64,000 nt of DNA from Scyliorhinus canicula (lineage: Eukaryota), in assembly GCF_902713615.1 (NCBI RefSeq), contig NC_052157.1, positions 12,014,566 to 12,078,565 on the forward strand, written 5' to 3'. This document shows positions 49,766-60,982 of the stretch, in pieces (position 1 is the stretch's first letter; every line of letters begins with the position of its first letter). The notes beneath the pieces were generated by a model. It was not told where the DNA came from. It saw nothing but the letters and a program-made list of their open reading frames with translations, and ran no database searches. The translations under genes were made by a program, and so were the position numbers.

Positions 49766-51033
49766 TAAAAATCTTTCTAATACTTCCTTTATTGATTTTT
49801 AGCCGATCAAATGTTTCAACAACCTCCTCTATCACTCTCACTTCAGCCACATCGACTCTACCGTATTCCCAGCCTCTAACTTGCTCTTGTAGTCACAGTA
49901 ATTTTTGGCGGATCCAGTTAAGTTGGTCAATGGAAACCTCCAGAATGTTGATCGTTGGGGATTCAGTTCTGATCATGCCATTGAATGACATGGGGCAATG
50001 GTTAGATTTTCTCTTGTTAGACATGGTTATAGCCTGGCACTTGTGTGGCATAAATGTTATTTGCCATTTGTCAACCCAAGTTGAAATGTTGTCCAGGCCT
50101 GCTGCATTTTAACATGGACTGCCTCAGTATCTGAGGAGATGCGATTGGTGCTGAACATTGTGCAGTCATCAACAAACATCCCCACTTCTGATCTTATGAT
50201 GGAGGGAAGGCCATCGATGAAATGGCTTAAGCTAGTTAGGCCTAGGACACTATCCTGAGGAACACCTGCCGTGACGTCCTGGGACTGAAATAATTGACCT
50301 CCAACAACCACATCCTTTGTGCTAACTAAAAAAACTAAGAACATTAATTCATAAAAGTCCCCCCAATATGTAAAGTACACTCCCTCATTTCCCACTGACA
50401 CAGGAGTAGACCATTCAGCCCCTCAAACCCGTTCTGTTATTCAATTGGATCATGCCTAACCACTAACTCAACCTCATTTTTTTGCTTTTAATCATATCGC
50501 TCCATATTAATCTAGTATATTTTTTATTTGCCTCCCAAAACCCCATGAGTCCACATTTTAAACTAGATCATTTGGAGCACAGGACAATAGAGTGTTTGTA
50601 CAGTAGGTGTCACCATTGTAACTTGGAGGCAGTTGTTGCTGTAGATTATCCAGTCTTTTTATATTCCAGCCTTTCCGCATTCATGTATTCATACAAACAG
50701 ACACACGCACAGACAAACACCCCGTCAAGCACACTGACACACACACACACACACATAGATGAACACACATGCACGCACACTTATGTATACTCAACATCCC
50801 TCATTACCCCTTGTTCCAGTCCCCACTTTACACTCCAGAAATGGTTGTATTTTATGTGGCCCGTTAGTCAGAAACACACTTTTCAGCTGTGTTCATGGCA
50901 ACAACTTGGATTTAAATAATGCCTTTAACGTAGCCAAATGCCCCATTGTGCTTCAGGGGAGTGTTATCGAACAACATTTGACACCGAGACAGATAAAGAG
51001 ATATTAGAATGGGTGACAAATAGCTTTGTTAGG

Positions 51034-51269
51034 AGGGGCAGCCTAGTGGAGCAGTGGTTAGCACTGCTGCCTCATGGTGCCGAGTTCCCAGGTTTGATCC
51101 TGGCTCTGGGTCACTGTTCGTGTGGAGTTTGCACATTCTACCCGTGTTTGCGTGGGTTTCGCCCCCACAACCCAAAGATGTGCAGGGTAGGTGGATTGGC
51201 CGCGCTAAATTGCCCCTTAATTGGAAAAAATGAATTGGGTACTCTAAATTTTTTTTAAAAGAAAAAAAA
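51034..51269 (+). mobile_element. Short A-tailed HE1-type SINE, 12-bp TSD
   Basis: TSD agctttgttagg at 51022-51033 and 51270-51281. Confidence 0.88.
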
Positions 51270-51774
51270 AGCTTTGTTAGGTTTTAAGAAGTGTTTAAAA
51301 AAAAGAAGATAGAGGTCAGTAAATAAAGAGGGAAGGTGTTCCAAAGTTCAGTGCCTAAGGCAAGGCGATGAAAATCAGGGATGCACAAGAAGCCAGAATT
51401 GGAGAAACACAGAAACATTGGAGGGTTGGAAGTCATCACTGAGGTAGGAAGGAGCAAATCCATCCAGGATTTGAAAACAACGATCAGAATTTTATGGGTC
51501 GGAAGCCAATGTAGGTCAGTGAGCACAGGGGTGATAGTTGGACGGGACATGGTGTGAATGAGATTAATGGCAGCAGAGTTTTGGATGAGTTCAAGGTGAG
51601 AGGTCAGCCATTTATAGACAGATTACGGCAAGCTGATTTGGTACTTGTGTTCCTGTCCAAAACGACGGCCAAAATTAATTACTCAGAATGAACAGAAATT
51701 TCCTCCAATTGAATATCGGGAAGAATGAAACCATTGCTTTTGGTCTTTCCTGCAAGGTCCATTCCCGATATACT

Positions 51775-52557
51775 GGAGGCAATTTAACTAAATGGGAACA
51801 AAGCCCCATAGCGACTGAGTTTAGGCTGTATGTTTCCCGGTGCTCGCAGTGCCGAGAAACACATGGGTGTACAACGTCACTTGCATTAAATGAACGGCCT
51901 CAGCAGGGAATGCGTGGCTGAGGCCGCACGTGGCCCCGCTTTACACATCGAGGTGCTCCGTACGAAGCCTCTGACGTAACCCCAACACCCCCAAAGCACA
52001 ATGGGAGGGTTCCCGGACCCCCCCAACACCAGCACAGTTCACCCCCAGCCCAATCAAATGCCAGCATGGTACCTTGGCAATGCCCAGCAGGCAGCCAAGT
52101 GGTACTGCCACAATGGCAGTGTCAGGATGCCCAGGTGGCTGCAGCACTGCCAGGGTACCACCCTGCCCAAGGGGCACGCACCTGGGGGCCTCCGATCCCT
52201 TGGGGGACTCCTATTAGTGCCGTTCCGTCTCGTCCCTATTTGTGGGAACCAGTACTGAATGGTGCTGGCCCGAGGTCTCTGAGGTGAAGGGACTGAATCC
52301 CAATGTCTCAGATACCTCAGGAAACTGCATATTAGAGTGAGACTAGCTGTCTTGTTTTAGTATACAGATTTGCTAAAAAGTGACCCCGCCCAAAACGGGC
52401 AGAATTTACATCGCAATGATCCATGAGACCACGTTAGACCTCACGAGGCATTGCGAGCCGGGTAGATCCCGGAAGCCGGGTCTCCAGGCTTTAATCGGCC
52501 ATGTAGCGCCACGTCGAGCAGCTCTGAGGGCTCAGCGTGGCTGTTGGACTGCGCCCA
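51775..52557. mobile_element. Non-autonomous DNA transposon (Harbinger-like); related copy at 47215-47635
   Basis: Shared blocks such as actagctgtct..., gagccgggtagatccc and the cagatttgc motif in both copies. Confidence 0.5.
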
Positions 52558-52781
52558 GTGACTCCCATCCCTCTCCCGATATCAGATTAACGCAGTCTGT
52601 TCATGACCCAGGTGTCAAATTCGAGTCTGAGATGAGCTTTGATCTTCATATTCCTGCTATCACTAAGACGACCTATTTCCACCTCCTTACTTTGCCCCTA
52701 TCTGAGCTCACCTGCTGCTGAAACCCTCGTCGTGCCTTTGTTGCCTCTAGATGCAACTATTCCAATACACTCCTGCCTACT

Positions 52782-53140
52782 GGGCAGCACGGTAGCATTG
52801 TGGATAGCACAATTGCTTCACAGCTCCAGGGTCCCAGGTTCGATTCCTACTTGGGTCACTGTCTGTGCGGAGTCTGCACATCCTCCCCATGTGTGCGTGG
52901 GTTTCCTCCGGGTGCTCCGGTTTCCTCCCACAGTCCAAAGATGTGCAGGTTAGGTGGATTGGCCATGATAAATTGCCCTTAGTGTACAAAATTGCCCTTA
53001 GTGTTGGGTGGGGTTACTGGGTTATGGGATAGGGTGGAGGTGTGGACCTTGGGTAGGGTGCTCTTTCCAAGAGCCGGTGCAGACTCGATGGGCCGAATGG
53101 CCTCCTTCTGCACTGTAAATTCTATGATAATCTATGATAC
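52782..53140 (+). mobile_element. Long HE1 SINE with CR1-type tail. Similar copies at about 7540-7820(-), 13993-14345(+), 20107-20325(+), 21358-21702(-), 23134-23462(+), 24517-24848(-), 27899-28251(-), 45550-45860(+), 46695-47018(-), 54318-54640(+)
   Basis: tRNA-derived head, V-domain (cccacagtccaaagatgtgcaggttaggtggattggcc), tail gggccgaatggcctccttctgcactgtaaattctatga. Confidence 0.9.
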
Positions 53141-53145
53141 TCTCA

Positions 53146-53376
53146 GGGCAGCATGTGGCGCAGTGGTTAGCACTGGGACTGCGGCGCTGAGGACCCGGGT
53201 TCGAATCCCGGCCCTGGGTCACTGTCCGTGTGGAGTTTGCACATTCTCCCCATGTCTGCGTGGGTTTCACCCCCACAACCCAAAGATGTGCAGGTTAGGT
53301 GGATTGGCCACGCTAAATTGCCACTTAATTGGAAAAAAATAATTGGCTACTCTAAATTTATTAAAAAAAAAAAAAA
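53146..53376 (+). mobile_element. Short A-tailed HE1-type SINE, 17-bp TSD, inserted at the tail of a long HE1
   Basis: TSD aatctatgatactctca at 53129-53145 and 53377-53393. Confidence 0.9.
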
Positions 53377-54744
53377 AATCTATGATACTCTCATACATCT
53401 AAAGCTCTGCTGCCCATGTCTTAACTGTTCCTTCACTGTCGCTGGGTCAAAATCCTGGACCTCTCTCCCGAACAGCACTGTGGGTGTACTTACAGCACAT
53501 AAACTGCAACGGTTCAAGAAGGCAGCTCACCACCATCTCAAGGTCAGTTAGGGATGGGCAATAAATGTTGACATGGCCAGCAACACCTACATCCCTTGAA
53601 CGAATAAATACTAAAAAACTAGCAGCAATCTCCATTCCCTTGGAAAATGGAGGGAAATGGACAGCTCATAAATTATTAGAGAGATGATGGTTCATATTTC
53701 ATTTTGAGAATGTTCTTATCATTATTTTGCATTCTATCTTCCATCCAGTTTCTTTCCCATACCCCTCCCTGAAGATACCATCTCACAATGGGCAAGGACT
53801 CCATGGACATGGGAATGTTCATGCAACACAGCCCAAGTGACTACTCTTAATTAATAATAAACAAGTAGGCTTACATTAACACTGTAATGAAGTTACTATG
53901 AAAAGCCCCTAGTCACCACATTCCGGCGCCTGTTCGGGTACACAGAACGAAAATTCAGTATGTCCAAATTACCTGTCAGTGTGTCTTTCGGGACTTGTGG
54001 GAGGAAACTGGGGCACCCGGAGGAAACCCACGCAGACACAGGGAGAATGTGCAGACTCCACACAGACAGTGACCCAAGCTGGGAAACGAACCTGGGACCC
54101 TGGTGCTGTGAAGCAACAGTGCTAACCATTGTGCTACCGTGCCGCCCATGGGTGAAGCAAGCAAGGAAGCATCAGCAGGCTAGTTAACTGTAGAGCTGGC
54201 ATCAAAGCTGGTCCCAATCCCAGGAACACTGAAACAGGGGAAGAACATGCAGGCCCTCAGGCCATTGATCACGGCTCATCTTCATTTTTCCACCATTTCT
54301 CCACATTCCTTCAACCAACAGGGTGGCACAGTGGTTAGCACTGCTGCCTTACAGGGAGCCGGGTTCAAATCCAACTTTGGATGACTGTCTGTGTGGAGGT
54401 TGCGCATTCTCCTCGTGTCTGCCACGTGTTTCCTCCGGGGGCTCTGGTTTTCTTCCACAGTCCAAAGATGTGCAGCTCAGGTGGTTAAGGTTAGGTTTAT
54501 GCTAAATTGTCCCTTTGTGTCCAAAGGGGTTACAAAGGGCATGGGGGTGGGCCTAGATAGGGTGCTCTTTCAGAGGGTCGGTGTAGACCTGATGGGCAAA
54601 ATGACCTCGTTCTGCACTGTCGGGATTCTACGATTCTATCTAACAGAAATTAAAAACATTGTCTTAATCTGGTGTCACATCACATCCACACACAAACTTT
54701 GGGATCAGGGGGCCAGATGGCTTTCCTCTCCCAGGCTTAAGACT

Positions 54745-55140
54745 GTCCAGTGAGTTGCTGCTTAGTGAGGTGGTGGGGTGGCATTCAAGTCCCATTCCAG
54801 CATTTGAAACAACAGTCAAGGCTGACACTCCAATGCAGCAATGGAAGGGTTCTGCACTGTTGGAAATGTTTAAAGTATATGTGAGGCACTGTTGGCCCTC
54901 TCAAGGTGGATGAAAAAGATCCCACTGCAGTTTATTGAAGAAGAGTTATCCTTAGTGCCCTGGCCAATATTTATCCCTTAATCAACGTCACTAAAAAAGA
55001 TATCTAGTCATTCTCATATTGTGGGATCTTACTGTCAGCTTTCCGACATTACAACAGCACCATATGGCAAAAAGTATCCCATTGGCTGTGAAGCAGGTCC
55101 AGTGGTCAGGAAAGGTGCTATATAAATGCAAGTCTTTCTG
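54745..55140 (+). mobile_element. DeuSINE (SacSINE1/AmnSINE1-like) relic. Others at about 43105-43530(-), 61715-62220(-), 63270-63365(+)
   Basis: Deu-domain-like ...aaaagatccca...gaagaagag...ctggccaatatttatcc...; tail gaaaggtgctatataaatgcaagtctt. Family assignment is from remembered consensus. Confidence 0.65.
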
Positions 55141-57374
55141 TCAGGGGACTCAGGGCTGATGAGCTGGCTGAAACTAACTGGAAATCAGGGACTGGAACCT
55201 GTGATTCTCTGGTCCGTGGAACTCAGTTACTCACTGCACTCGTTAACCTGAACATGTTTTATTCTGCCAACACCGGGAGGTATCGCTTTCATCTGTACAG
55301 ATAAAAGTATATCTTAATGTACGCCTTACCCTAATGATAAGTCTCGCTTATCTCTCTAATCATTGCTATAAGTCACCTGGACCTTGACTTGCTAATTTGC
55401 GCTGTTGTGCAAAAACATGCAACTCGTGTTAACAGCTATAATGAGTTTCCTTCGCTTTTGTGAGTAATAGGGTTGGGTACGAAATATCATCACCGGCCTA
55501 ATTGTAGATTGCTTTCAGCTATGTTGAAATAGTGTTTAATTACTTGTTGTTTGGTATAGAAATGAAATAGCACTGACTCAAGTATTTAAAAGGACGGCTC
55601 TGTGCAATAGGAGAGGGGGGTTCGGTACATGAATCAAACAAAGCGACCTACAGCATCAACTGGTTTCTGCGAATGGTGATTAAATGTTTGAAACTAGGTC
55701 CGTCAAAATGACAGTTCTCCCGAGGTTCTTGTTCCTTTTTCAGTGTTTGCCCATCTTTATCCCTAGGGCCTTTTTTAGAAGGGTGACTAGTAGCATCATG
55801 AGCTTTGTTTGGGCGCATGGAACCCCGAGGGTGAAGAGGGTCTTCTTGGAGCGGGGTAGAGATGGGGGGGTGGGGCTGGCGTTACCCAATCCCTCGGGGT
55901 ATTATTGGGCGGCCAATGTGTCGATGGTGCGCAAGTGGGTAATGGAGGGGGAGATGGCAGCATGGAAATGGATGGAGAGGGCGTCCTGTGGAGATACAAG
56001 CCTGGGGGCCCTGGTAACGGCGCCGTGGCCGCTCCCTCCTACGAGGTATACCACGAGTCCGGTGGTGGCGGCTACCCTCAGGATTTGGGGGCAGTGGAGG
56101 CGACATAGGGGAGAAGTGGAGGGCTCGATGGAGGCTCCGTTAAGGGGGAACCAAAGGTTCGTCCTGGGGAACATTGATGGGGGATTTCAGGGTTGGCACA
56201 GAGCGGGCATCAGACAGCTGAGGGACCTGTTTATTGATGGGAGGCTTGCGAGCCTGGGGGAGCTGGAGGAGAAATTTGGGCTCCCCCGGGGAACATGTTC
56301 AGGTATCTGCAGGTAAAGGCATTTGCTAGACGGCAGGTGGAGGGATTCCCTGCGCTCCCCGCGAGGGGGGTGAGCGACAGGGTGCTTTCGGGGGTCTGGG
56401 TCGGAGAGGGGAAGATATCTGATATCTACAAGGTTATGCAGGAGGCGGAGGCGGCGTCAGTAGAGGAGCTGAAAGCTAAGTGGGAGGGGGAACTGGGGGA
56501 ACAGTTCGAAGACGGGACATGGGCTGATGCCCTGGAGAGGGTTAATTCTTCCTCCTCATGTGCGCGCTTAGCCTCATCCAATTCAAGGTGCTGCACCGGG
56601 CCCACATGACTGGGACGAGGATGAGTAGGTTCTTTGGGGGTGACGACAGGTGTGTCAGGTGCGCGGGGAGTCCAGCGAACCATGCCCATATGTTCTGGGC
56701 ATGCCCGGCACTGGAGGAGTTCTGGAAGGGGGTGGCGAGGACGGTGTTGAGGGTGGTGGGATCCAGGGTCAAGCCAGGTTGGGGACTCACGATTTTTGGG
56801 GTTGGGGTGGAGCCGGGAGTGAAGGAGGCGAAAGAGGCCGGTGTGCTGGCCTTTGCGTCCCTAGTAGCCCGACGAAGGATCTTGCTACAATGGAAGGATG
56901 CGAGGCACCCAAGCGTGGAGACCTGGATCAATGACATGGCGGGTTTCATTAAGCTAGAGAAGGTCAAATTCGCCCTGAGAGGGTCGGTACAAGGGTTCTT
57001 TAGGCGGTGGCAACCTTTTCTCAACTTTCTGGCTCAACGATAGGGTACGGGGACAGTAACAGCAGCAACCCGGGGGTGTGGGGGGGAAGGGGGAGGGAAA
57101 AGGTGGGGGGGGGGGGGGGGGGGGGCGGACGATGACTATGTTTGTTTATTTAATTTAAATTTATTTTTAAGTTCTTTTGTTGTTCATTGGGGTTGGGGGG
57201 GTGGGGGATGTGATACATGCGTCGATACAGTCTGGGGGTGTTACAGTTATTATGGGTTATTTTGTTGCATTTCATTGTTTGTCGTTATAGAACATAGAAC
57301 GATACAGCGCAGTACAGGCCCTTCGGCCCTCGATGTTGCACCGACATGGAAAAAAAAACTAAAGGCCATCTAAC

Positions 57375-60278
57375 CTACACTATGCCCTTATCATCCATAT
57401 GCTTATCCAATAAATTTTTAAATGCCCTCAATGTTGGCGAGTTCACTACTGTTGCAGGTAGGGCATTCCACGGCCTCACCACTCTTTGCGTAAAAAACCC
57501 ACCTCTGACCTCTGTCCTATATCTATTACCCCTCAATTTAAGGCTATGTCCCCTCGTGCTAGCCACCTCCATCCGCGGGAGAAGGCTCTCGCTGTCCACC
57601 CTATCTAACCCTCTGATCATTTTGTATGCCTCTATTAAGTCACCTCTTAACCTTCTTCTCTCTAACGAAAACAACCTCAAGTCCATCAGCCTTTCCTCAT
57701 AAGATTTTCCCTCCATACCAGGCAACATCCTGGTAAATCTCCTCTGCACCCGTTCCAAAGCTTCCACGTCCTTCCTATAATGAGGCGACCAGAACTGTAC
57801 GCAATACTCCAAATGCGGCCGTACCAGAGTTTGGTACAGCTGCATCATGACCTCATGGCTCCGGAACTCAATCCCTCTACCAATAAAGGCCAACACACCA
57901 TAGGCCTTCTTCACAACCCTATCAACCTGGGTGGCAACTTTCAGGGATCTATGTACATGGACACCGAGATCCCTCTGCTCATCCACACTACCAAGAATTT
58001 TACCATTAGCCAAATATTCCGCATTCCTGTTATTCTTTCCAAAGTGAATCACCTCACACTTCTCCACATTAAACTCCATTTGCCACCTCTCAGCCCAGCT
58101 CTGCAGCTTATCTATGTCCCTCTGTAACCTGCAACATCCTTCCGCACTGTCTACAACTCCACCGACTTTAGTGTCGTCTGCAAATTTACTCACCCATCCT
58201 TCTGCGCCCTCCTCTAGGTCATTTATAAAAATGACAAACAGCAACGGCCCCAGAACAGATCCTTGTGGTACGCCACTCGTAACTGAACTCCATTCTGAAC
58301 ATTTCCCATCAACTACCACTCTCTGTCTTCTTTCAACTAGCCAATTTCTGATCCACATCTCTAAATCACCCTCAATCCCCAGCCTCCGTATTTTCTGCAA
58401 TAGCCGACCGTGGGGAACCTTATCAAACGCTTTACTGAAGTCCATATACACCACATCAACTGCTCTACCCTCGTCTACCTGTTCAGTCACCTTCTCAAAG
58501 AACTCGATAAGGTTTGTGAGGCATGACCTACCCTTCACAAAACCATGCTGACTATCCCTAATCATATTATTCCTATCTAGATGATTATAAATCGTATCTT
58601 TTATAATCCTCTCCAAGACTTTACCCACCACAGACGTTAGGCTCACCGGCCTATAGTTACCGGGGTTATCTCTACTCCCCTTCTTGAACAAAGGGACCAC
58701 ATTTGCTATCCTCCAGTCCTCTGGCACTATTCCTGTAGCCAATGATGACCTAAAAATCAAAGCCAAAGGCTCAGCAATCTCTTCCCTGGCTTCCCAGAGA
58801 ATCCTAGGATAAATCCCATCCGGCCCCGGGGACTTATCTATTTTCACCTTGTCCAGAATTGCCAACACTTCTTCCCTACGCACCTCAATGCCATCTATTC
58901 TAATAGCCTGGGTCTCAGCATTCTCCTCCACAATATTATCTTTTTCTTGAGTGAATACTGACGAAAAGTATTCATTTAGTATCTCGCTTATCTCCTCAGC
59001 CTCCACACACAACTTCCCACCACTGTCCTTGACTGGCCCTACTCTTACCTTAGTCATTCTTTTATTCCTGACATACCTATAGAAAGCTTTTGGGTTTTCC
59101 TTGATCCTACCTGCCAAAGACTTCTCATGTCCCCTCCTTGCTCGTCTCAGCTCTCTCTTTAGATCCTTCCTCGCTTCCTTGTAACTATCAAGCGCCCCAA
59201 CTGAAACTTCACGCCTCATCTTCACATAGGCCTCCTTCTTCCTCTTAACAAGAGATTCCACTTCTTTGGTAAACCACGGTTCCCTCGCTCGACCCCTTCC
59301 TCCCTGCCTGACTGGTACGTACTTATCAAGAACATGCAATAGCTGTTCCTTGAACAAGCTCCACATATCCAGTGTGCCCAACCCTTGCAGCCTACTTCTC
59401 CAACCAACACATCCTAAGTCATGTCTAATGGCATCATAATTGCCCTTCCCCCAGCTATAACTCTTGCTCTGCGGGGTATACTTATCCCTTTCCATCACTA
59501 ACGTAAAGGTCACCGAATTGTGGTCACTGTCTCCAAAGTGTTCACCTACCTCCAGATCTAACACCTGGCCTGGTTCATTACCCAAAACCAAATCCAAAGT
59601 GGCCTCACCTCTTGTTGGCCTGTCAACATATTGTGTCAGAAAACCCTCCTGCACACATTGTACAAAGAACGACCCATCCAATGTACTCGAACTATATCTT
59701 TTCCAGTCAATATTAGGAAAGTTAAAGTCTCCCATAACAACTACCCTGTTACTTTCGCTCTTTTCCAGAATCATCTTCGCCATCCTTTCCTCTACATCTC
59801 TAGAACTATTAGGTGGCCTATAGAAAACTCCCAACAGGGTGACCTCTCCTTTCCTGTTTCTAACCTCAGCCCATACTACCTCGGAAGAAGAGTCCCCATC
59901 TTGCATCCTTTCTACCACCGTAATACTGTCCTTGACTAGCAGCGCCACACCTCCCCCTCTTTTGCCCCCTTCTCTGACCTTACTAAAGCACCTAAACCCC
60001 GGAACCTGCAACAACCATTCCTGTCCCTGCTCTATCCATGTCTCTGAAATGGCCACAACATCGAAGTCCCAGGTACCAACCCATGCTGCCAGTTCCCCTA
60101 CCTTATTTCGTATACTCCTGGCATTGAAATAGACACACTTCAAACCACAGACCTGAACACTGCCGCCCTCCTGCGAAGTCAAAACTGTGCTCCTAACCTC
60201 TCTACTCTCAATCTCTCGCACCCCAAAACTACAATCCAGGTTCCCATGCCCCTGCTGAATTAGTTTAAACCCCCCCAA
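57375..60278 (-). CDS. CR1 ORF2: APE endonuclease + reverse transcriptase (967 codons, no in-frame AUG until codon 125)
   Basis: Motifs YFNARS, ISETW, GDFN, SDHN, YRPVSLTS, QHGF, DFSKAFDKV, GVPQGSVLGP, FADD. Confidence 0.93.
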   Translation of the reverse strand: MGGFKLIQQGHGNLDCSFGVREIESREVRSTVLTSQEGGSVQVCGLKCVYFNARSIRNKVGELAAWVGTWDFDVVAISETWIEQGQEWLLQVPGFRCFSKVREGGKRGGGVALLVKDSITVVERMQDGDSSSEVVWAEVRNRKGEVTLLGVFYRPPNSSRDVEERMAKMILEKSESNRVVVMGDFNFPNIDWKRYSSSTLDGSFFVQCVQEGFLTQYVDRPTRGEATLDLVLGNEPGQVLDLEVGEHFGDSDHNSVTFTLVMERDKYTPQSKSYSWGKGNYDAIRHDLGCVGWRSRLQGLGTLDMWSLFKEQLLHVLDKYVPVRQGGRGRAREPWFTKEVESLVKRKKEAYVKMRREVSVGALDSYKEARKDLKRELRRARRGHEKSLAGRIKENPKAFYRYVRNKRMTKVRVGPVKDSGGKLCVEAEEISEILNEYFSSVFTQEKDNIVEENAETQAIRIDGIEVRREEVLAILDKVKIDKSPGPDGIYPRILWEAREEIAEPLALIFRSSLATGIVPEDWRIANVVPLFKKGSRDNPGNYRPVSLTSVVGKVLERIIKDTIYNHLDRNNMIRDSQHGFVKGRSCLTNLIEFFEKVTEQVDEGRAVDVVYMDFSKAFDKVPHGRLLQKIRRLGIEGDLEMWIRNWLVERRQRVVVDGKCSEWSSVTSGVPQGSVLGPLLFVIFINDLEEGAEGWVSKFADDTKVGGVVDSAEGCCRLQRDIDKLQSWAERWQMEFNVEKCEVIHFGKNNRNAEYLANGKILGSVDEQRDLGVHVHRSLKVATQVDRVVKKAYGVLAFIGRGIEFRSHEVMMQLYQTLVRPHLEYCVQFWSPHYRKDVEALERVQRRFTRMLPGMEGKSYEERLMDLRLFSLERRRLRGDLIEAYKMIRGLDRVDSESLLPRMEVASTRGHSLKLRGNRYRTEVRGGFFTQRVVRPWNALPATVVNSPTLRAFKNLLDKHMDDKGIV

Positions 60279-60982
60279 AGAGTACTAACAAATCTCCCCC
60301 CCAGGATATTGGTGCCCCTCAGGTTCAGATGTAGACCATCCTGTCTATAGAGGTCCCACCTTCCCCAGAAAGAGCCCCAGTTATCCAGAAATCTGAATCC
60401 CTCCCGCCTGCACCATCCCTGTAGCCACGTGTTTAATTGCTCTCTCTCCCTATTCCTCATCTCACTATCACGTGGCACGGGCAACAACCCAGAGATAACA
60501 ACTCTGTTTGTTCTCGCTCTGAGCTTCCATCCTAGCTCCCTAAAGGCCTGCCTGACATCCTTGTCCCCTTTCCTACCTATGTCGTTAGTGCCAATGTGGA
60601 CTACGACTTGGGGCTGCTCCCCCTCCCCCTTAAGGACCCGGAAAACACGATCCGAGACATCACGTACCCTTGCACCTGGGAGGCAACATACCAAACGTGA
60701 GTCTCTCTCGCTCCCACAAAATCTCCTATCTGTGCCCCTGACTATTGAGTCCCCAATTACTAATGTTCTACTCCTTTCCCCCCTTCCCTTCTGAGCAACA
60801 GGGACAGACTCCGTGCCAGAGGCCCGTACCCCATGGCTTACCCCTGGTAAGTCGTCCCCCCCACAAGTATCCAAAACGGTATACTTGTTACTCAGGGGAA
60901 CGACCGCAGGGGGTCCCTGCACTGACTGCTTCTTCCCAATCCCCCTTACAGTTACCCATCTATCTCCAGTCTTTGGTGTAAC
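60260..60982 (-). CDS. CR1 ORF1, C-terminal part (SGNH esterase domain), 5'-truncated
   Basis: LVIGDSIVRG, HIGTND, DGLHLN; homologous to 16463-16954. Confidence 0.85.
   Translation of the reverse strand, partial: VTPKTGDRWVTVRGIGKKQSVQGPPAVVPLSNKYTVLDTCGGDDLPGVSHGVRASGTESVPVAQKGRGERSRTLVIGDSIVRGTDRRFCGSERDSRLVCCLPGARVRDVSDRVFRVLKGEGEQPQVVVHIGTNDIGRKGDKDVRQAFRELGWKLRARTNRVVISGLLPVPRDSEMRNREREQLNTWLQGWCRREGFRFLDNWGSFWGRWDLYRQDGLHLNLRGTNILGGRFVSTLWGGLN

Larger units (their letters stand above)
57287..60982 (-). mobile_element. Young CR1/HER1 LINE, 5'-truncated within ORF1, nested in an L1 3'UTR
   Basis: Esterase half of ORF1 plus an uninterrupted ORF2 and a TTCTATG tail. L1 3'UTR sequence resumes at about 60983. 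Confidence 0.95.

Noticed and set aside
52782-52860. tRNA-like A/B boxes
   Set aside because: They are SINE heads with no complete cloverleaf.
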